From Deltaproteobacteria bacterium (lineage in GTDB: Bacteria > Desulfobacterota > GWC2-55-46 > JAJCZF01): DNA of 64,000 bases. The translations under genes were made by a program, and so were the position numbers. Below are positions 34,667 through 43,802 of this stretch, piece by piece. The notes under the pieces are model-generated. The model ran no database searches. It was not told where the DNA came from and was given only the letters and a program-made list of their open reading frames with translations. Position 1 is the stretch's first letter; each line of letters starts with the position of its first letter. Where the stretch lies: positions 31,270 to 95,269 of the forward strand of contig JAJCZF010000082.1 in assembly GCA_029262535.1 (NCBI GenBank). The letters run 5' to 3'.

Positions 34667-35888
34667 CCTTAAAGGTTATGGAAGCTATGGCGGCCTCGGC
34701 CCTGCCGGCGGCCTCTTCACGGCTGCCTGCTTCGGTTATGACAAAGCCGCCTCTATCAAGCTGAGAGCGTATAGGGCCCTGCTTGTTTCCAGCTTTTATA
34801 AAGATCTCGCTCTTTACCACGCCCGGCATTGCGGCAAGGCCTTCGGCGGCGGAGGTTTCCATATCGGAGATAGCCCCCTCAGGAGGAAAGAAAAATCTTA
34901 TTGAAGAGGCGCGCTCTATATTCGCCTTGAGCATGTCGCGCGATATCTCTTCTCCGACTGCCATTTTTATGGCGACCTTTATCAAGTCAATGCCGGTAGC
35001 GAGCGGTACCTGGTCGGTATTCAGGTAATTACCGGAAAGAGATGCGGAGAGATTTATTATATAAGGACCCTCTTCGCCTATTACAATATCGCCCTTTACG
35101 ATAGCATTTTCTAAACCCATGGAGAGGGCGGCGCGCTCTATCAGTATATTAATCTCTACTCTCTCTACCTCACTGAGCCGTGATGGCATGTCGCCGCCGT
35201 TCTCCACAACATATGGCGCATAGTCTTCTAGCAATTCATAGTTACGATCCGAGAAGACAGGGGTAAGAGAGCTACCGTTCATCATCACGCTCTCGGTGCT
35301 GACCTGAGGCCCGGAGATATAACTCTCCACAAGCAACCTGTCAACGACGGAGTAAGAGACGCTCTCTTTAAAGGCCTCGCTTATATCGGTATCTTCATCG
35401 AGCAATAAAAGACCGCGTGAGTCGCGCCCATCGACCGGTTTCAAAATAAGGGGCCAGCCCCATTGATTCACAAGGTCGAGCAGCTCTCCAACACTACAGA
35501 CCTCTTTATATGGCGGCACCAGCACACCGGCTGCATGGAGTATCTCTTTCATTAAAAAGTTATCGGCCAGGATCAGCGCGCTCTCGACGCTTATGGCCTT
35601 TAAACCGATATGCTCCGCAACCGTCGCTACAGTAACCGGCTGGTCACAGGCCATAGTCATCACACCCGCTATCGACTGTTCCGGGTGTTTCCTGAAAAAA
35701 TTGAGAACGGAAACCAGAGTCTCTTCTTCATCGACAATAGAGGTAACTATAGCGTCGTCTGCAAACTTAAAGGCCGGGGCCTCTGGGTCGGGATCGACAC
35801 CTACCACGCGAAGCCCCATATCGCGGGCTCTCTTATAGACTTCTAACTGCTCAAGGTCCGCGCCAATTATGATCAGAGTATCTGGCAA
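34659..35888 (-). CDS. ATP-grasp domain enzyme (carboxylate-amine ligase type)
   Basis: Pre-ATP-grasp Rossmann IIIGADLEQLEVYKRARDMGLRVVGVD and ATP-grasp core WPLILKPVDGRDSRGLLLL ... VESYISGPQVSTESV ... IINLSASLSG. Confidence 0.75.
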   Translation of the reverse strand: MPDTLIIIGADLEQLEVYKRARDMGLRVVGVDPDPEAPAFKFADDAIVTSIVDEEETLVSVLNFFRKHPEQSIAGVMTMACDQPVTVATVAEHIGLKAISVESALILADNFLMKEILHAAGVLVPPYKEVCSVGELLDLVNQWGWPLILKPVDGRDSRGLLLLDEDTDISEAFKESVSYSVVDRLLVESYISGPQVSTESVMMNGSSLTPVFSDRNYELLEDYAPYVVENGGDMPSRLSEVERVEINILIERAALSMGLENAIVKGDIVIGEEGPYIINLSASLSGNYLNTDQVPLATGIDLIKVAIKMAVGEEISRDMLKANIERASSIRFFFPPEGAISDMETSAAEGLAAMPGVVKSEIFIKAGNKQGPIRSQLDRGGFVITEAGSREEAAGRAEAAIASITFKVE

Positions 35889-36003
35889 CTAAAAAAACCT
35901 CTCTTGGGAAAATATAGGATTCTGTATTGTAAGAAACTTTTCTTATCGATTGGCACTCATTTACCTGGTTCCATAATCAATAAAATCATGAAGAAAAAGG
36001 CGT

Positions 36004-36993
36004 TTATCTTTCAACAATACTCTTTACGATAGTAGCGATACGGTCGGCGCCGAAACCGTCGGTCACCTTTGAACAGCGGTCCGATACTCCCGCCCACATC
36101 TTACCGTGTTCCACATACTTTGAGAGGCCCTCGCGTATGGCCCCCGGCTCGACACCCTCATGAAAACCAAGCACCTTGGCAAAACCGAACTTTCTGAGCG
36201 CTTCGAGATCCTCTGCGTCGCCCTCGTTAGCGGAGATAACGATCGGCGGCGTGCCCATAAAGGCCGCCTCAAAGAGTGTCTGCCCGACGGCTGTGAAACA
36301 TACATGGGCATTTTGCATAAGCGGCGAGATATCGTTAACGCCCCTGACAAATACTATGCGCCGGTTGTCGGTACTTTCAAAATCCTTTAAAGTGCTCTCA
36401 TCCATCACAGGGCCGACAACGACGGTCGTATCTATATTATCGACATTCCATATAGCGGCCAGTGTCTTTGCCGTAAGGCCCGCCGGGTCGGAGCCGCCGA
36501 ATGTGACGAGCACCTTTAAGGGGGTTTTGTGTTCAAGCTTGAGGCCGCTTCGCCTCATATCGTGAAAGTTCTCGCCTATTACGAGATAATCGGCGCCAGA
36601 GTAAAAACCCTTCCTGCCGGGCATCCAGCCAAGCAGGGGCGACGGTATCACAACCGCATCGGCTTGCTTTGAGGCGGGTGTCATATTGTCGATCAAGATG
36701 ACATGTTTTCCGGTCGCCTGCAGAGCGGCTACCCTATCCGATATGTCGCGCTTCGTATCGATAATAACCGTATTCTCCGGCGGCTCGGTCGAGAGCCTGC
36801 CGTTAAGATCGCATACTTTATACCCCACTCCCGTGCCTTCGAGACGTTGCTTTACCGCCGGATCGTCGTTTATATAGATTGTCGGCTGTACGCGCCTGAG
36901 CTTCAAGGCCCACGCTATATTGAGTGATCTTGTTATATGACCCATACCGAGCTTCCTGCCGCCCTCGGTCCAGATCGCTACTTTTAGATTCAT
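36004..36993 (-). CDS. pseG: PseG/SpsG-type UDP-sugar hydrolase (UDP-2,4-diacetamido-2,4,6-trideoxy-beta-L-altropyranose hydrolase family; GT-B fold)
   Basis: N-terminus KVAIWTEGGRKLGMGHITRSLNIAWAL (G-x-GH-x-x-R motif) and C-terminal GT28-like half LVTFGGSDPAG ... FTAVGQTLFEAAFMGTP. No fused GNAT domain. Confidence 0.7.
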   Translation of the reverse strand: MNLKVAIWTEGGRKLGMGHITRSLNIAWALKLRRVQPTIYINDDPAVKQRLEGTGVGYKVCDLNGRLSTEPPENTVIIDTKRDISDRVAALQATGKHVILIDNMTPASKQADAVVIPSPLLGWMPGRKGFYSGADYLVIGENFHDMRRSGLKLEHKTPLKVLVTFGGSDPAGLTAKTLAAIWNVDNIDTTVVVGPVMDESTLKDFESTDNRRIVFVRGVNDISPLMQNAHVCFTAVGQTLFEAAFMGTPPIVISANEGDAEDLEALRKFGFAKVLGFHEGVEPGAIREGLSKYVEHGKMWAGVSDRCSKVTDGFGADRIATIVKSIVER

Positions 36994-37044
36994 CCGCTCT
37001 CCTTAATAGTAAAAATATTTTTAGAAAAAATAGTATAGCCTTTT

Positions 37045-37836
37045 TTAGTGACCCTTAACGAACTTATCTTCCTTAAGCGACTTTATATATCCCTCGCCTC
37101 TTATCCCGCCGCTATTGATCTCAAAGATATCGGGTCGCCTTTCTAAAAGCTCCACGACCTCTTTCATCGTAAATACCCGGTCCGAGCAGCCCATGGCTTC
37201 ATATACCGCCAAAACGAAATCAAAGTCCTTCCGGTTATCGACCGTCCAGCGCATATGCGAACAATCGATATCGCAAGCGATCTTTCCAAGACGAAAGACG
37301 CTATCGTTCTTCCATATATAGGGTGTTACATGTTCGCGCTCGCTTGCTAGGGCCGCTTCGTTCCATGCCCGCGTTAATGTATCGAATGAAAAGACCTCGC
37401 AGTCGAGCCCGTGCGGAAACTCTTTATCTATACTAACATGGTCGAAAGATCCTTCCATATATTTTTTAATCGCCCGGTCAATCACCTCCGGGTCGATAAG
37501 CGGGCAGTCCGAACATACGCGAACGACCGTCTCTATGCCGTATTCGAGGGCCGCGCGATAGTATCTATCAAGCACATCGTCGCGCGAGCCTCTAAAGCAC
37601 TTAATACCCCACTCCAGACACTTTTCTTCTATTATATCGTCTTCCGGTCGGTCCGAGGTGGCGACGATTATCTCATCCACCAAAGACGCCGGTTTGAGGC
37701 GGTTTATGACATGCCACAAGAGCGGTCTTTGGCAGATATCCATCATCACCTTCTTCGGAAGGCGCGTTGAACTCATGCGGGCCTGTATGATTACCCCTAC
37801 AACCGGCCGTCCACTCACCCTATTATATCCTTCCAT
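37045..37836 (-). CDS. SpsF-type cytidylyltransferase (candidate CMP-nonulosonate synthetase)
   Basis: VGVIIQARMSSTRLPKKVMMDICQRPLLWHVINRL resembles the B. subtilis SpsF N-terminus. Position in the pse cluster supports the call. Confidence 0.7.
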   Translation of the reverse strand: MEGYNRVSGRPVVGVIIQARMSSTRLPKKVMMDICQRPLLWHVINRLKPASLVDEIIVATSDRPEDDIIEEKCLEWGIKCFRGSRDDVLDRYYRAALEYGIETVVRVCSDCPLIDPEVIDRAIKKYMEGSFDHVSIDKEFPHGLDCEVFSFDTLTRAWNEAALASEREHVTPYIWKNDSVFRLGKIACDIDCSHMRWTVDNRKDFDFVLAVYEAMGCSDRVFTMKEVVELLERRPDIFEINSGGIRGEGYIKSLKEDKFVKGH

Positions 37837-38876
37837 CTCACCAGCTCATTGGCCTCTATATCACGACCTGCCTTCAAGCCCACCATACATGGGAGCTTTG
37901 CCGGTTCCACTCCGTATCCGTGACGAACCGCCTTTAACATATCTTTCGTTAATACCTCGCCGGCCTTTATAGAGGTAGCGGCGTAGATGGAACGGCGCGC
38001 GCCGGTTCGTTCGCATTTCTCGTGCTCGGAGGGGCCTTTTATACCGCTGCCGAGCGCGACTTCGAGATTTCGTACCTCTCTGCACATAGATACGAATTCA
38101 CCTGGCTCCAGCGCATACGGGTGGTCGGGACCGGGAAGGCTTTTATCGAGCGTAATATGTTTTTCTATAATAGAGGCTCCAAGCGTTACGGCTCCGAGCG
38201 GGATCGTATGGCCCGGCGTATGGTCGGAGTAACCGACAGGAATAGCGAATGCATCCTGTAATGTCTTAAGGACACGCAGATTGGCCTCGTCGAAACCGGG
38301 CGGGTAGAGCGAGACGCAGTGCAGTACCGCGACCTGTGTATTGCCCTCGCCTCGCATAATCTCAATGGCGCGTTCGACCTCTCCAAGCGTAGAGGCGCCG
38401 CTCGAAATAATAACGGGCTTGCCAAAGGCTGCGACCTGTCTGATAAGCGGCTCGTGCGTAATATCACCGGAGGCTATCTTAAAGGCCGCCACACCGATTG
38501 AATTAAGCAGATCGGCCCTGCCCGAATCGAAAGGAGCCGAAATAAATTCTATACCTATAGAATCGGCGTAGCTCTTTAGATCGGCGTGCCACTCGGCTGG
38601 AAGCGTCAGGTAATCTATTAACTCATATGCAGGGTGACTCTCCCATGTGGAAAAGTCGTTTATATCTTCTCCTTCGGCTGGCCGTTTGGGATTAAAGAGC
38701 CCCTCGGCGGTAAAGGACTGAAACTTAACCGCGTCTGCCCCGGCTGCTTTTGCGGCGGCGATATGCTCCATGGCGCGCTCCAGTTTGCCGTCGTGGTTGC
38801 TGCCTACTTCGGCTATTATATAGGCCGGTTCATTCGGGCCTACCTTCCGGCCTCCGATAGTTATAGAAGAATCCAT
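37815..38876 (-). CDS. pseI: nonulosonic acid synthase of the NeuB family (pseudaminic acid synthase PseI candidate)
   Basis: IIAEVGSNHDGKLERAMEHIAAAKAAGADAVKFQ, HCVSLYPP, GYSDHT and the C-terminal SAF domain IKAGEVLTKDMLKAVRHGYG. Confidence 0.85.
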   Translation of the reverse strand: MDSSITIGGRKVGPNEPAYIIAEVGSNHDGKLERAMEHIAAAKAAGADAVKFQSFTAEGLFNPKRPAEGEDINDFSTWESHPAYELIDYLTLPAEWHADLKSYADSIGIEFISAPFDSGRADLLNSIGVAAFKIASGDITHEPLIRQVAAFGKPVIISSGASTLGEVERAIEIMRGEGNTQVAVLHCVSLYPPGFDEANLRVLKTLQDAFAIPVGYSDHTPGHTIPLGAVTLGASIIEKHITLDKSLPGPDHPYALEPGEFVSMCREVRNLEVALGSGIKGPSEHEKCERTGARRSIYAATSIKAGEVLTKDMLKAVRHGYGVEPAKLPCMVGLKAGRDIEANELVRWKDIIG

Positions 38877-38877
38877 A

Positions 38878-39939
38878 TTATCTGCTCCTTACCGTCAGTT
38901 CGCGGTCTTTTAGAGGAAGGGTCACCCTCGCCCCGCCCGATTCACTCGATTTATGCACGGCAAGCGCCATCTCAAGGGCCGCCCTTCCGTCTGCCGGAGG
39001 GTTTTTATTTTCTCCCCCCTCCATCGCCTCCAATAGATTTGCCAAAGCCTCTATCCATATATTACCACGATCGAAGACTGGAGTCTGAACTTCGCGCAGG
39101 TCGATTATGGACTCGTATAGATCACTCGGCCCGGTCTTATATTTCTTCAATGGTTCATTATTTCCAATACGAAGCCTGCCGCTCTCAAAAAAGAGGTCAA
39201 ACTCGAATAGGAAGTATTTCTTTGTCGAGGCCTCAATCTGCGCATAGACCCCGCCTTCGAAACCAATGGTAGCGCGGCCCCCGGCATCTTCTTTCAAGGC
39301 CCAGAGATGGTCGTCGGTCGGATTACGCTCTGTCTCTCCCTCGACCCAAAGAGCATCACCCGCAAAGAACCTGAGCATATCAAAGGCGTGGGTTCCGGTA
39401 TGCAAGAGCGAACCGCTCCAGAAAACGCTAATGGACTTTAACGGGCCGAGTTCTCCGGAGTCGATTATGGCCTTGACCTCTCTGTATGAAGCGTCCCAAC
39501 GTCTCATATGAGAGACGATGATCGGTATATTGGCGGAGGCCGCGGCCTCGACTATCCGGTCCGCCTCGTCTAACGAGGTCGCAAAGGCCTTTTCGCACCA
39601 TATCCCTTTTACGCCGGCTTCTATCGAGGCCATTAACATCTCAAAACGCTCGGTCGCATATGCCGTTATACTGACTATATCGGGCCTGACGTCATCGAGC
39701 ATCTTTCGGTAGTCGCTATAGAGGCCCGACACTCCGTACTTAAGACCAAAGGCCTTTAGGCGTTCCTCATCTATATCGACCCCGGCAACCACATCCACAT
39801 CCGGCCTATTCAGGTACGCGCCCATATGGGTACAGGGTTTTTCGCGCAGGTGGTCATCTTCAAGCAGCTGGGCGACCCTGCCGAGCCCTATTATCGCTAC
39901 CCGCTTATTTGACAAGGCTTGCTGCCACCGTCTCTGCAA
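38878..39939 (-). CDS. Gfo/Idh/MocA family NAD(P)-dependent oxidoreductase
   Basis: N-terminal Rossmann KRVAIIGLGRVAQ and EKAFATSLDEADRIVEAA (EKP-like motif). Confidence 0.8.
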   Translation of the reverse strand: MQRRWQQALSNKRVAIIGLGRVAQLLEDDHLREKPCTHMGAYLNRPDVDVVAGVDIDEERLKAFGLKYGVSGLYSDYRKMLDDVRPDIVSITAYATERFEMLMASIEAGVKGIWCEKAFATSLDEADRIVEAAASANIPIIVSHMRRWDASYREVKAIIDSGELGPLKSISVFWSGSLLHTGTHAFDMLRFFAGDALWVEGETERNPTDDHLWALKEDAGGRATIGFEGGVYAQIEASTKKYFLFEFDLFFESGRLRIGNNEPLKKYKTGPSDLYESIIDLREVQTPVFDRGNIWIEALANLLEAMEGGENKNPPADGRAALEMALAVHKSSESGGARVTLPLKDRELTVRSR

Positions 39940-41104
39940 CGTACCTCAGGTCCTCCTCCGACAGGTCGGGGTATAAGGGTAAGGTCACCGCGCGTCGATA
40001 GTAGGCCTCGCTCGCGGGAAAGTCGCCCGGAGCTGTGGCGTACCGTTTCCGATAATAGGGCTGGAGGTGGACCGGTATATAATGGACCTGTAGCCCAATA
40101 CCTTTATCGGCCATCTCCCTGAACCAGAGCCCCTTATCGATAGAAAGAGCCTCGAAATCAATCTCTATAACATATAGGTGGTGCGAGCTCTTAAATCCAT
40201 CCATACGCGGCGGCCCCTTTATCTCAGGTATAGATTCAAAGAGATCGTCATATAAAGCGGCGAGCCGCCTTCGCTTATCTACAAAATCATCTAATCTCTT
40301 TAACTGGTTCAAGCCGAGGGCGGCCTGAATGTCGGTCATACGGTAATTAAAACCAAGCTCGGTCATCTCATGATACCACGGTTGCGCGGCTCCAAGCGAA
40401 GGGTCCATATTAGTAAAAGGACCGCCCTTATCAACGCCGTGCGAGACGAGCCTTTTTAAACTTTCATAGAGGGCCGGGTCGTTTGTCGTGACCGCGCCGC
40501 CCTCTCCCGTGGTAATGGACTTTAGCGGATGAAAACTAAAGACCGACATATCCGAGAAGGCGCAGTCTCCGACCCTGTGCCAGGTGCCTTCCGCGTCCAG
40601 GTACTCGGCCCCAAGTGCGTGGCAGGCGTCCTCTATGACCTTTAGTCCGTGACAATCGGATATCTCCCTGAGCAGTTCCATATCAACGGGAAGGCCCGCG
40701 AAATGAACCGGCAGTATGACCTTCGGCCTGACGCCCTCAGTATATAGATCTTCGATAGTCTGCTGGACCGCTTCAAGAGATATATTTCTTGTGTCAGGAT
40801 CAATATCGGTAAAATAAGGTGTCGCGCCGGTATATATAACAGAATTTGGAGTTGCGAGAAATGTATTAGGCACGGTCAGGGCGGCCTTACCCGGACCTAA
40901 ACCGGCGGCTAAAGAAGCGATATGAAGGGCCGCCGTGCCCGAGGAAGTTACTACGGCGAATTTTGCACCGCAGTAGGCGGCAAGCGCCTCTTCAAAGAGC
41001 CCTACGCGCGGCCCCTGAGTAAGAAAGTCTGACTCAAGAACACGAACGACAGAGTCGGTGTCTGACTCGTTAAGGGATTGTCGGCCGTAGGAGATCGTCT
41101 TCAT
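39905..41104 (-). CDS. pseC: UDP-4-amino-4,6-dideoxy-N-acetyl-beta-L-altrosamine transaminase PseC (DegT family)
   Basis: ISYGRQSLNESDTDSVVRVLESDFLTQGPRVGLFEEALAAYCGAKFAVVTSSGTAALHIA and SFHPLKSITTGEGG (PLP lysine). Confidence 0.85.
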   Translation of the reverse strand: MKTISYGRQSLNESDTDSVVRVLESDFLTQGPRVGLFEEALAAYCGAKFAVVTSSGTAALHIASLAAGLGPGKAALTVPNTFLATPNSVIYTGATPYFTDIDPDTRNISLEAVQQTIEDLYTEGVRPKVILPVHFAGLPVDMELLREISDCHGLKVIEDACHALGAEYLDAEGTWHRVGDCAFSDMSVFSFHPLKSITTGEGGAVTTNDPALYESLKRLVSHGVDKGGPFTNMDPSLGAAQPWYHEMTELGFNYRMTDIQAALGLNQLKRLDDFVDKRRRLAALYDDLFESIPEIKGPPRMDGFKSSHHLYVIEIDFEALSIDKGLWFREMADKGIGLQVHYIPVHLQPYYRKRYATAPGDFPASEAYYRRAVTLPLYPDLSEEDLRYVAETVAASLVK

Positions 41105-42104
41105 TGGTCCTTGCGACCTTTGCTATCATCTCGGTCAACTCCGCAACCGTGAGCCACCATGAATTAGAATCGCTTGTAAAAGAAAAACCATCGGGAACCA
41201 ACTCTCCGGCGTCGTTGGTTTCGTCGTGCGACCACCATGGAAAGTTGGGACGTATCACGTAATGATCATCATAAGCGTAGGTGGTGCGCCCTTCTTCTTC
41301 GCTTATGAGAGATTCGTGCAACTTCTCGCCCGGCCTTATGCCGACCGTCTCATAGGTCGCCTGCGGAGCGATGGCCTTAGCCATATCGAGCACCGTAGCT
41401 GTTGGGATCTTCGGAACAAAAATCTCTCCGCCGCGCATACTGTCGAGCGCGAGCATAACGAGAGAGACACTCTCGTCGAGCGATATCCAAAACCTCGTCA
41501 TGCGTTCGTCCGTTATCGGCAGCATTCCCTTATCCTTCATCTGCATAAAGAAGGGGATGACGCTGCCGCGGCTTCCGGCGACATTGCCGTACCTGACAAC
41601 GCTAAAGCGCGTATCGGACTCTCCCGCGTATGAGTTGCCGGAGATAAAGAGCTTATCGCTACAGAGCTTTGTCGCGCCGTAAAGATTTACCGGGTTACAG
41701 GCCTTATCGGTAGAGAGCGCTACAACGCGGCTCACGCCGACGTCGATAGCGGCGTCTATGATATTTTGCGCGCCTATTACATTTGTTTTGATAAATTCAA
41801 AAGGGTTATATTCGGCCGCGGGGACCTGCTTAAGGGCAGCGGCGTGTATGACGTAATCAACGCCGTCGAAGGCGCGGTAAAGGCGGTCCTTATCGCGGAC
41901 ATTGCCTATGAAAAAACGGAGTGATGGGTCGTCGAAGGCCTTTTGCATCTCAAACTGCTTGAGTTCGTCGCGGCTAAAGACTATGAGCCTTCTGGGTTTG
42001 TAGTTGTCCAGGACCGTGCGGATGAAGCGTTTTCCGAATGAGCCGGTGCCGCCGGTTACGAGAATGGTCTTGTCGTTTAGGTCTACCTGGCTACTGAACA
42101 TCAA
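41070..42104 (-). CDS. pseB: UDP-N-acetylglucosamine 4,6-dehydratase (inverting) PseB/FlaA1
   Basis: KTILVTGGTGSFGKRFIRTVL..., RLIVFSRDELKQFEMQ, HAAALKQVP, YGATKLCSDKLF. Confidence 0.9.
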   Translation of the reverse strand: MMFSSQVDLNDKTILVTGGTGSFGKRFIRTVLDNYKPRRLIVFSRDELKQFEMQKAFDDPSLRFFIGNVRDKDRLYRAFDGVDYVIHAAALKQVPAAEYNPFEFIKTNVIGAQNIIDAAIDVGVSRVVALSTDKACNPVNLYGATKLCSDKLFISGNSYAGESDTRFSVVRYGNVAGSRGSVIPFFMQMKDKGMLPITDERMTRFWISLDESVSLVMLALDSMRGGEIFVPKIPTATVLDMAKAIAPQATYETVGIRPGEKLHESLISEEEGRTTYAYDDHYVIRPNFPWWSHDETNDAGELVPDGFSFTSDSNSWWLTVAELTEMIAKVARTNEDDLLRPTIP

Positions 42105-42113
42105 TAGGCCTCG

Positions 42114-42608
42114 TTATCCCTGTACGGATGCGCTCGCAGAGTCGTCCTCTTGCTCGCTCAAGCTGGATACTTCCACTCTGAAGTCGCAGGGGTAGTTTTC
42201 ACTGTCAATATCAACGATATACTGGATGGCCGACATCTTTTCAAGATTAAAGACTATCGGCCCTTTAAGATTAAGAGTAAAATATGTCTGATTATCGCTT
42301 GGGAAACATACCATAGTCATAATGACGGTATCCTCGCCCCCGGTGACATCTATGCTCGTCATGGGAAAGGCCTTCTTCGGCAAGACGTAGTCGGCCTTAA
42401 AGTAACCCGGCGCGGTAAGAAGAAAAGCGACCGCCGGGTCGGTCACGGATTGCAACCACTTGAAGAGGCCGCCCTCGTCGTGGTCCAGGAGCACGTATTC
42501 GTTTAGACCCTGAAAGCCCGGTATGGAGTTTGGAAAGTTTATGACCTTATCGGCCGCAACCTCTATCTCGCCAAAACGTGACGTAGTTATTTTAAGAGTA
42601 TCGGTCAT
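42114..42608 (-). CDS. fliW: flagellar assembly factor FliW (CsrA antagonist)
   Basis: ITTSRFGEIEVAADKVINFPNSIPGFQGLNEYVLLDHDEGGLFKWLQSVTDPAVAFLL. 4-nt overlap with the csrA stop. Confidence 0.9.
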   Translation of the reverse strand: MTDTLKITTSRFGEIEVAADKVINFPNSIPGFQGLNEYVLLDHDEGGLFKWLQSVTDPAVAFLLTAPGYFKADYVLPKKAFPMTSIDVTGGEDTVIMTMVCFPSDNQTYFTLNLKGPIVFNLEKMSAIQYIVDIDSENYPCDFRVEVSSLSEQEDDSASASVQG

Positions 42609-42838
42609 TTCTTCGGCCTCAGGTTTCCGAGTTTGAAGAGCACGTTATCCGGCACGGCAGCGGCGCTCATCCGGTTCTGCTCCTGGATCTTGCTATAGAT
42701 CTCATCTCTGTGAATGGGTGTCTTTCTTGAGGCCTCGATACCGAGCCTTATGTGGCCCTCTTTGATATCGAGAACGACGACTCTTATGTCGTCGCCTATC
42801 CAGATCCCCTGTCCCGACTTCCTTGTCAATACAAGCAC
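42605..42838 (-). CDS. csrA: carbon storage/translational regulator CsrA
   Basis: MLVLTRKSGQGIWIGDDIRVVVLDIKEGHIRLGIEASRKTPIHRDEIY is collinear with E. coli CsrA. It has the longer flagellar-type C-terminus. Confidence 0.95.
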   Translation of the reverse strand: MLVLTRKSGQGIWIGDDIRVVVLDIKEGHIRLGIEASRKTPIHRDEIYSKIQEQNRMSAAAVPDNVLFKLGNLRPKK

Positions 42839-42907
42839 TGCGCCCTCCTGGCATAATGTTTGAGGTTTATCTTGCGTGGAACCTCATTTAATCATATTTA
42901 TGAAAAA

Positions 42908-43798
42908 TTATCTAATGAAATTAAAAATATTCATATTCGTGAATTTCGCCGTCGTCATCTGAAGCGCCTCAAGCGAGGTCTGCTGTCTTGTCAGATCCAC
43001 GGCAACCTCGGTAAAGTCGGAATCCTCAAGATTTGACAGTAGCGTCCTGGTCTGGAGCTCAAACTCCTCGGTAGACCTTCGCTGAACCCCAAGGCTCGTA
43101 AGACGCGCGCCTATCTCGCTAACCGAATCCCCTACCTGGCGCATGGCGTCGTCGAGTGTGCCGACAGCCGTGCGCACTGCTTCGGCGTCGTCCGTCTGAA
43201 GAGCGGTAAGAAAATCGTCTACAACGGCAAAGATATCTGTGCCGCCGCTAATGCCCGCGCCGCTAAATACTCGGTCGCCAGGAAGTCCGTGCACAAACCT
43301 CGTGCCCGGAGCGACATTCAGGACCCTCTCGTTCGAGTCGGCCAGATAGTTGCCGGTCGCGTCAAATGGCTCTGTCCTCGTAAGAAAACCGGAGAAGATA
43401 TATTTGTCGTTCACATTCGTATTAGCGGTACTTACAAGCTCGTCCCGAAGCAACTCCACCTCGTAAGAGGTATTTAACCGCCCGCTCTCCGAGACCGTAT
43501 CGGATGCCGTGGCTATGGCAAGTTCCTTTAACCTCGTAAGGGTTTCGGTGACCTTGCTCATCGCGCTCTCGGCGTGTCCAAGTTGCTCCGTGGCATAATC
43601 GATATTTCTTACATACTGGGTAAGCCCCTTGATAACGTCCTTGTGCTCCATGACATTGCCCATGGTAACCGGGTCGTCTGAAGGACGGTTGACCTTCTTA
43701 CCGGAACTGAGCATCTCCTGATTTCTCATCAGACGCTCGCTTACCGAGCCGATCCCGTCGGTCAGGGTCTTCATCATCATTGCATTGGTTACGCGCAT
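42908..43798 (-). CDS. flgL: flagellar hook-filament junction protein FlgL (HAP3)
   Basis: MRVTNAMM...LSSGKKVNRPSDDP at the N-terminus, a flagellin-like C-terminal helix, and position after flgK. Confidence 0.85.
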   Translation of the reverse strand: MRVTNAMMMKTLTDGIGSVSERLMRNQEMLSSGKKVNRPSDDPVTMGNVMEHKDVIKGLTQYVRNIDYATEQLGHAESAMSKVTETLTRLKELAIATASDTVSESGRLNTSYEVELLRDELVSTANTNVNDKYIFSGFLTRTEPFDATGNYLADSNERVLNVAPGTRFVHGLPGDRVFSGAGISGGTDIFAVVDDFLTALQTDDAEAVRTAVGTLDDAMRQVGDSVSEIGARLTSLGVQRRSTEEFELQTRTLLSNLEDSDFTEVAVDLTRQQTSLEALQMTTAKFTNMNIFNFIR

Positions 43799-43802
43799 AA
43801 TT

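Noticed and set aside
38634-39272. 212-aa plus-strand ORF across the pseI/oxidoreductase junction
   Set aside because: It is antisense to two motif-supported genes, is Pro/Arg/Ser-rich like a shadow frame, and has no SD or family motif.
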